Positions 27,016 to 36,000 of a DNA stretch of 64,000 bases are shown here, one piece after another. The notes under the pieces are model-generated. The model had not been told where the DNA came from. It made no database searches and saw only the letters and a program-made list of their open reading frames with translations. Source of the stretch: Octopus vulgaris (taxonomy: Eukaryota); assembly GCA_951406725.2 (NCBI GenBank), contig OX597818.1:134912001-134976000 (forward strand), in the 5' to 3' direction. Position numbers and translations under genes: made by a program. The first letter of the stretch is position 1, and each line of letters starts with the position of its first letter.

Positions 27016-30000
27016 AAGCTGTATATTAGTATTGATATATTTGATACATATCACTGTTGTATATTTGTTTTGATATATTGAATGTACATATCAATGTTGT
27101 ATATTTGTATTGATATATTTAATGTTCTTGTTCTATAGTTGTGAGGTTTGGATGTTGTCTGGGGCTCCTTAGGAGCTGCCTGAACGCTTCACAGGATTAT
27201 CGGTTACTGTTGGTTGCGTTTCATATCCAACAAATGACTACACTCAGAAACTGGGCTGCATCCTGTCCTTTATGATTTGCGAGTGTCAGCTCTGACTGTC
27301 CGGTGATGCTACTTGATTTTTCAAGTTGGATCATGTGTATCATGTTCTCTTCTCTGAGGATCTGACTCAGCTGATGGTTCGTGTTGGTCAGCCACATGTC
27401 ACATAATCACAGCAGGTGAGGAAGTATCTTACAGAGGTGGGGACAGCATATGCCTTTATACCTGACCTATTTAATGTTAGCCCTATATGACATTGGTCAT
27501 CCCTGTCTCCTCCTCCACTGGACAACAAAATTTTCTTTCCTCATGAACTATACTTGTTTTTCTCAGTTAGAGATCAGCACTTCTTTACACAGCTGTCCTC
27601 ATCCATATGCATCACATGACCATGCCAGCACAGTCATCTCTCTTGCACACCACATCTGATGCCTCTTATGCCTAACTTTTCTCTCAACATGCTTACACTC
27701 TGTCGAATATGCACACTTGCATTGCACATACAGCGAAGCATACTGGCTTCATTTCTTTCAAGTATACGCATATCCTCAGCTGTCACAGCCCATGTTTCAC
27801 TGCAATGTAGCATAGCTGCTTGCACACAGGCATCATACAATCTGCCTTTCACTCTGAGAGAGAGGCCCTTTGCTGCCAGTAGAAGTAAGAGCTCTCTGAA
27901 CTTTGCCTAGCCTAATCTTATTCTCACAGCTATGCTCTCAGAACATTCACATCCACTACTAACTTGGTCACCTAGATAACGGAAGATATCTACTACCTCT
28001 AGCTTTCCCTGCTGGCAGTTGATGGAGACTATTTTCTGTACATTTTCAGTGTTTATTGTACCTGTGCATCTTCCACATACAATATATATGTAAAATTATA
28101 AATGATGAGAGAAATAGTATGATAAAATTTATTTAACCATTGGTAATATTATTTTCATCTCACAACAAATGTTTTGCGGCACATAAAAAGCACCCACTAC
28201 ACTCTCAGAGTGTTTGGCATTAGGAAGGACATCCAGCTGTAGAAACCTTGCCAGATCAGATTGGAGCCTGGTCCAGCCTCCTGGCTTGCCAGTCCCCAAT
28301 CAAACCGCCCAACCCATGCCAGCATGGAAAATGGACATTAAACGATGATGATAATGATATTCTATAATAGATAAATTACTTACATGCCTGTATTAATATA
28401 AACAACTTTTTAAACCAATACAGATATTAAGCTAGCTCATCGAGTGAGAGGGAAAAATCTGTTACGTAATAATCTCTCAACATAACATGTTTATATATAT
28501 AAAACAGAAGAGATGACTTACTTTTTCTACATGAAATAGATATTCTTATAATGTTGAGTATATAATCTCTCTACTGTGTAATTAGTTTGTAAATTCTGGG
28601 ATTTCTTCTTACTTTCCAGGTTTCTCGAATTCGGAATAGGTATGTCTCAGTGAATGGTTATTCATTCTTAGCACCAGAATGTCAGCAACAATCTTCAGTA
28701 GAACCATGTCCTGCCACAGATGTCTATCAATTAGGCTTAATGACTTTACTGGTAATATACTTTTTCTCTCTTCTAACCCTGATAGCAGTTTCTTTTACTT
28801 CACTTTTGACATCTTAAGATTTTTTTTTTTAAACTTTGCCTTGATAACTCTTTTTCTAATTTTGTGTAATATATTTTTATACATTTACACTACTTGCTTT
28901 ATAGTTTATCTTAGACTGGTAGTTTTTTTTTTTTTTGCAAAGTTGGTCTGACATGACCTCATTTAGCACTACTACTGGGCTGTTAGGTACTTTGAATTGT
29001 GTTTATTCTGTTGCAAGTATTTAGACTAGACTCTTTCTTCCTTGGATTAAATTTTCCTAGATACATTGATATACAAGTGTTTAAGCCAGATATCGAATAT
29101 ACCAATATCATTGGTCTGAGGCTTATCACTCACTGTCACTAGTCTGGGAGAGTTTGACTTTGAAAGTAAAATAATATTCTGCTCTTAACCCTTTCGTTAC
29201 TGTATTTATTTTGAGATGCTCTGTGTTTCTTTCAATTACTTTAAATATAACAAAGAATTTAGTAAAATAACTTCGTTATCATTAATCTAGTGTTAGGAAC
29301 ATAAATTGTGACTAAGATTTGGTGGAAGATTTTAATTCAGAACTTATGAAAACATGACATTTGTACTCAGAGCCAGGGCCGGTTTCAGCCGGGTTGGTAA
29401 CGAAAGGTTTAAATAAATGACATTCTTCTAATGTCCTTTGTTTTTAAATATTTGTTTTATTTTTTCAGTGGCATGATCCAGAAAACAAACTTTCTAGTCT
29501 TACTGATTTATCAGAAACAGATTTTGTGAGTATATTTTGTTGATATATTTTTACAAAAAGTGTAGGCAATAGCTCCTCAATTATTTTGTTATCTAGCTTA
29601 CTTCACTTTTGTTTCCATGAATCAAAACAATGTCTTTAGGTTAGCCATACTGTAATGGTTCATCTTATTACATAACAATCTCCTCATTTTCTTTGTCAGT
29701 ACTTCCATACTTGTCTGGATTGCTCTCTCTCTCTCTCTCTCTCTCATTCCTCTCTCTTTACTCTTTTACTTGTTTCAGTCATTTGACTGCGGCCATGCTG
29801 GAGCACCGCCTTTAGTCGAGCAAATCGACCCTGGGACTTATTCTTTGTAAACCCAGTACTTATTCTATCGGTCTCTTTTGCCGAACCGCTAAGTGACGGG
29901 GACGTAAACACACCAGCATCAGTTGTCAAGCAATGCTAGGGGGACAAACACAGACACACACATATATATATACATATATACGACTAGCTTCTTTCAGTTT

Positions 30001-33000
30001 CCGTCTACCAAATCCACTCACAAGGCATTGGTCGGCCCGGGGCTATAGCAGAAGACACTTGCCCAAGATGCCACGCAGTGGGACTGAACCCGGAACCATG
30101 TGGTTGGTTAGCAAGCTACTTACCACACAGCCACTACATTTTTAAAAATAACATTTACCATTTCTTACTTCTAACTCCATACTGCATTACTTACATAAAA
30201 TCAGCATTCTTTATTTATCTACTACCAGTATTGCCCGGCTCGTGCGTTCTATGCACGTGCGAATTAAGCTAAACTTGGATGAAGTTCAATCAAAATTCAA
30301 TTATTTTGGTTATAAAATCAAGCATTTAATACCCTCTATTTTTGCGCTTATGTGTTCCATTTCCTCAATAGGAAGTACGTAGAAGTGTTGCATAAATTTT
30401 TGTTGATCAAATAATTGCATTGTTTAATTATTCTTTTAGATCAGTATTTCTCAACGGGGTTTTCAGGGGAGAGTTTCAGGGAATCACTGGTGATGAATCG
30501 TAATGATCAAAAATCTGGCCTGCTAAAATTTGGTTAAAGTGATTCAAACTGCAGACTCAACGCAAAATGGTCACATTTAATTCAAAGCGTTAAAAATGTT
30601 ATGAAAACAATTGGTATGTGTTCACAAAGTCCAAACGATTAATACGAAAAAACCCTCCAGGCTACATCCCGAAAATTCATTTCTTTGCCGAATTTCTACA
30701 ATGTTTACGGCGATTCGTTTTTATATCTTGATTTTTTATTTTTCATGCAATTTACGCATGCTTGCACGCATGGTGAACACAGTTCATGTCAAACAGCTGA
30801 CTGAGTAAAGTTCACTATTCAATGCATGGGATAAGGCCTAAACAAACACATTATCGATTTTTGCACTTGCAAGATGAATTTCGGAACAGAAATAGCGCAG
30901 TTCAATTTTCATTCGCCTAAACTTTAAGTGACCCATTTTTGGTGGTTCTACGATTTGTTGGCTAGGAGGAGATGTGCCGGGAAGTTAAACACACAGACAC
31001 ACAAGTTGAGTTTTATACATATAGATATTGTCTCAGAGTATTTTTACTTTGATCATTCCCAACAGCTTATATTGCCACACTTAGCTTTTGTTCAATTGTA
31101 ATTAAATTACAAAAGCTCTCTTTTGAACAATTATTCCAACTTGTCATTGGTCATTGATTATTTTGATAGCTAAATAGTAATTATTGCGTGTTGACAACTC
31201 AGTATTGCTTAGTGAATGCAAAGAAAGAAAGAAAATGACATACAAGTTAGAAATCTTATATTCTGCAATCATCATCATCATCACCATTTAATATCTGCTT
31301 TCCATGCTAGCATGGGTTGGACGATTTTGACTGAAGGCTGGCAAACCAGATGGCTACACCAGGCTCCAGTCTTGATCTGGCAGAGTTTCTACAGCTGGAT
31401 GCCCTTCCTAACACCAACCACTCTGAGAGTCAGGCAGTACTGGCAATGACCTCACTCGAATCTTTTTACATGTGCCACCGGCACAGGTGCCAGTGAAGCG
31501 ACGTTGGTAACGATCACACCCGAATGGTGCCCTTTTACGTGCCACGGGTACAGAAGCCAGTTGGCTGCTCTGGCAACAATCATGCTCAGATGGTGTTCTT
31601 GGCACCCTACTAGCACAGCCTAGGAAATTAACCTCAGTGTATTACAGGTATTCATATATTTGACTTTAGAGAGATGGAAAATGAAATTTACCTTGTTGAG
31701 ATTGGAAGCCAAGATATGAAAGTGAAAGTGAACTATGTCATTTTCTGCAGTCTCACCCCCTCCCCTAATCACCATTACCCCTCAACATTATAATCATCAT
31801 CATCATTTTAACATCCACTTTTCCATGCTTGCATCAGTTAGGTGCAGTTTATTGAGGCAGATTTTCTACAGCTGGATGCCCTTCCTGTTACCAACCCTTA
31901 TAATCCTGACTGTTTTCCAGGCAAGGAAATAATTCCCCATAGCCTGACATGTTCTCATAATATTGAAGATGAATGAGACTGCTTGTATGACAGTGATACT
32001 CATTTTCAGACTCCAAATCGTGGTCGATGCCAGCGCCGCCTCGACTGGCTTCCGTGCCAGTGGCACGTAAAATGCACCAATCCGACTGTGGCCGATGCCA
32101 GCCTCGCCTGGCACCAGTGCAGGTGGCACGTAAAAAGCACCCACTACACTCACGGAGTGGTTGGCGTTAGGAAGGGCATCCAGCTGTAGAAACATTGCCA
32201 GATAAGACCAGAGCCTGGTGCAGCCTTCTGGCTTCCCAGATCCCCGGTCGAACCGTCCAACCCATGCTAGCATGGAGAACGGACGTCAAACGATGATGAT
32301 GATGAGACAGACAGACACACACACACAATGGACTTTTTTCAGCTTCCATCTACCAACACTCACTAGGTTTTGGTTGACCTGGGGCTATTGTAGAAAACAC
32401 TTGTCCAGTGGGACTGAAGCTGGAACCATGTGGTTGTAAATGGATTTTCTTCCAAAAAAACGAAACGAAAACATCTATGAAGAATATATTCTATGAGATT
32501 CCTGTAAAATGTTGTAAATTCTTGTTATAAATGATTTCTGAATTTTCTTTTCAGCCAACTCCTGTGAAGCTTTTCCTCCAGTATTGTCTTCGAGAAGATC
32601 CTCGTATGAGAGTATCAGTCAATCAATTATTGGCCTCTGAATATCTTAACTTGCAGATTAATGCGACTCCAGCAGACTCTCACGAATCACAAACAAATTC
32701 AAAGTAAATATTTTATATTCTTACTCTTTTACTTGTTTCAGTCATTTGACTGCGGCCATGCTGGAGCACTGCCTTTAGTTGAGCAAATCGACCCCGGGAC
32801 TTATTCTTTGTAAGCCCAGTACTTATTCTATCGGTCTCTTTTGCCAAACCGCTAAGTGACGGGGACGTAAACACACCAGCATCGGTTGTCAAGCAATGCT
32901 AGGGGGACAAACACAGACACAAACACATATACACACACACATATATATATACATATATACGACAGGCTTCTTTTCAGTTTCCGTCTACCAAATCCACTCA

Positions 33001-36000
33001 CAAGGCATTGGTCGGCCCGGGGCTATAGCAGAAGACACTTGCCCAAGGTGCCATCTATTCACATTGTCTTGAATTCTTCAAAATTTTGAAGATGTTATTA
33101 TTTGTTTTTAGAATGACATTGTAGGATAAGTGTGAGAGGCCAGATCTGGCCAGTTTGAAAATCCAACTCAGAAATAGCTATTTTAAATACTAAAGGGTTA
33201 AACTGATTCTATTTACATTTGATGACCAAATTCTAAAGTTTATTAATGAAACCACAAAACCATTTATAAGCCAAATAGTTTCTACATGCTATTTAGTGTA
33301 CAAATCTTCTGGCATTGCCTCTAATTTTTAGATAGCAATGCATATATCTGAGTGAATGAGAGGATGTGTTTGTGTTACAAATCAATAAACATTGATGAAA
33401 TGGCAGTGTTTCACTTGACTTGTCATAAGAACATCATGATTGCATGAGGTTTTGGGCTATACTGTTCTATGCTAGTTTATTGCATGTTGATACACATTAG
33501 TATTCAATTATATCAGCCTCAGCACTTAACTAGCACTTTATTTTATCAACCTTGGAAGAATTAACTGTTAAAGGTTGGCCAGTTTGAAAATCCAACTCAG
33601 AAATAGCTATTTTAAATACTAAAGGGTTAAACTGATTCTATTTACATTTGATGACCAAATTCTAAAAGTTTATTAATGAAACCACAAAACCTGTTATAGA
33701 CTGAAAGTATTTAGGGAAATATTTACATGAATGTAAAATATTTCTTGTTGGTTTTAGTTATTAATTTAAATTTGAGAAAAATATATTTTGTTAAAAAAAC
33801 TAGTAGGGAAATTTACTGTAGGATTACTGAATATTTAACTTCATGTTAAAGTATTACTTAATTTATATTATTACTAGCAGTATCGCCCGGCATTGCTCGG
33901 GTTTGTAAGGGAAATAAATATATAAGCATTTTTAGAGAGTTACTTCCCTTATATAATAGCAAAAAAATGCATTAAAATGGAAAAAAATGATGGTAAATTT
34001 TTTTTAAAATCGTAGACTCATCGTAGACGCGCGCTAATACCCAGAAGGGCTCGATATGAATCACGATTATAAGATACCTGCCTTTGGTTAAACTGCACCG
34101 CAAAATGTGGGAGTAGTTAGGAATCTAAATCGTAGGAGACAGACACTCACACAACTTCACTTTTATATATAAAGATAAACCTTTTTTCCACTTTGTTGTA
34201 TAAATAATACCAAACATTTTCTCTTTATAGCTCACCTTGTTCATCTCCTCAAGAAAGTCCTGTGCAACTGAATTCTTCTTTATCTGGTTTAGTCCATCCT
34301 GATAATTACAACTCACCCACAGAGGACAATGGCTGCAAACAAGCATCTATTTCATCTGATGACTCTATAGTAACAAGTATCTATGAAAACCTGCAGTCTC
34401 CTGTTTCCAATGTTGTACAGCAGCTTTCTAAAATGATGCAACTTTCAGATTTGTATTCAAATTGTCATCAATCTCCTATTGATCTGAGTTCATTACAATT
34501 TGATAATCTTCAAGCGATGTCTGACCAAGCCACAAACCAAATGAACATGGCACAGATGTCATTTCACCAAATGAGTGAAGTTGGTGACAACACTTCTGCT
34601 GGTTCTAATCTGCTTAACAATACAACCCATGAGGAATTTTTCGATGGTTCAATCGCAGATTGTGGTTTGAACTCAACTCCACCTCTCACTCCTATGCCAG
34701 CAGACTTTACTCAAACAACTTCCTTCTCACATTCAGATAGTAGTGGAAATTCTTGCTCTTTTTCAAACACACCCAATCTTGAAGATGGACTTTGCCATGA
34801 CAGTAATCATCTTGATAATGAAGATAGTAGTTTATTACAAAATAGAGACTCTACTCAAATTCAACCTCAAGATACGCTCTCTCCAACATCCCCTTTGCCA
34901 CATCTTGACACAGCTTGTATAGGTGAGTAAATTAGACTTCTGAACAAAAATCTTTTTAGTAGTGGCACAGTCATAGTTTTGAAGTTCCAAGAAGTTCACT
35001 TACCATTGTCTATCTCCATTACTATCTCTTACTTTTCACAACCTTCTCACAATTTCTACCATCATACTCAGTCAAGAATCCTGGTTCTTTTATCATTGCT
35101 TTCTCTTCTATTCAGTCATAGTTGTGTAGTTCCAAGAAATTCACTTACCATTGTCTACGTCCATTACTATCTCTTACTTTCCCCAACACTCTCACCTCTG
35201 TCACAATTTCTACCATCATCCATTTGCCAGCCCCGTCTGGCACCTGTGCAGGTGGCACGTAAAAAGCACCCACTACACTCACGGAGTGGTTGGCGTTAGG
35301 AAGGGCATCCAGCCGTAGAAACACTGCCAGATCAGACTGGGCCTGGTGCAGCCTTCTGGCTTCCCAGACCCCGGTTGAACCGTCCAACCCATGCTAGCAT
35401 GGAAAGCAGACGCTATATGATGATGATGATGATGATACTGTTGCTACCTTCACTCAAGAATCCTGGTTCTTTTAACATTGCTTTCTCTTCTATTCAGCCC
35501 CTTGATCATATGGCTTTGAGTAAATGAACACTTCGTTGAGTAGTGAGGACTCTTTAGTTTTGCAGATATAGAGTAACCTCACTAATGGTGGTGCTATGAT
35601 AAAATGTATCTGGGGTGCTTTTAACAGAGTCTATGTTGTTTTAGGGTCTTTGGTCTAAGGATAACAGCATGCTACTAGTTGAAGGGGCCACAAAAATGTC
35701 CATGAGTGATGCAATTTCATATTTGACTACTAAACTATTTTTAAAAATAGATGGGTGTGAAACAGTTATTTTAAGAGGCACTGTGCAGCACCTTGGGCAA
35801 GTATTTATCTTCACATATTACATAAACTATCGATTTTATAATAACACTTCAACAAACTTAGTGTTTTTAACATTGTTGCTCACTATGTTCCAAAATGTCC
35901 AGTTCAGGGTTCCTCTTCTATGTTGTCCCTGCAAACTTTGATCAACAGATGCTCAAAATAAACACCAACTACATCAATTTTACCGTCCTAGGAGGTGCTA

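Noticed and set aside
27139-27414. Segment bounded by ag and cag|gtgagg inside the STK31 kinase intron
   Set aside because: Stop immediately in phase 0; flanking exons join cleanly; probably decayed TE, at most a poison exon
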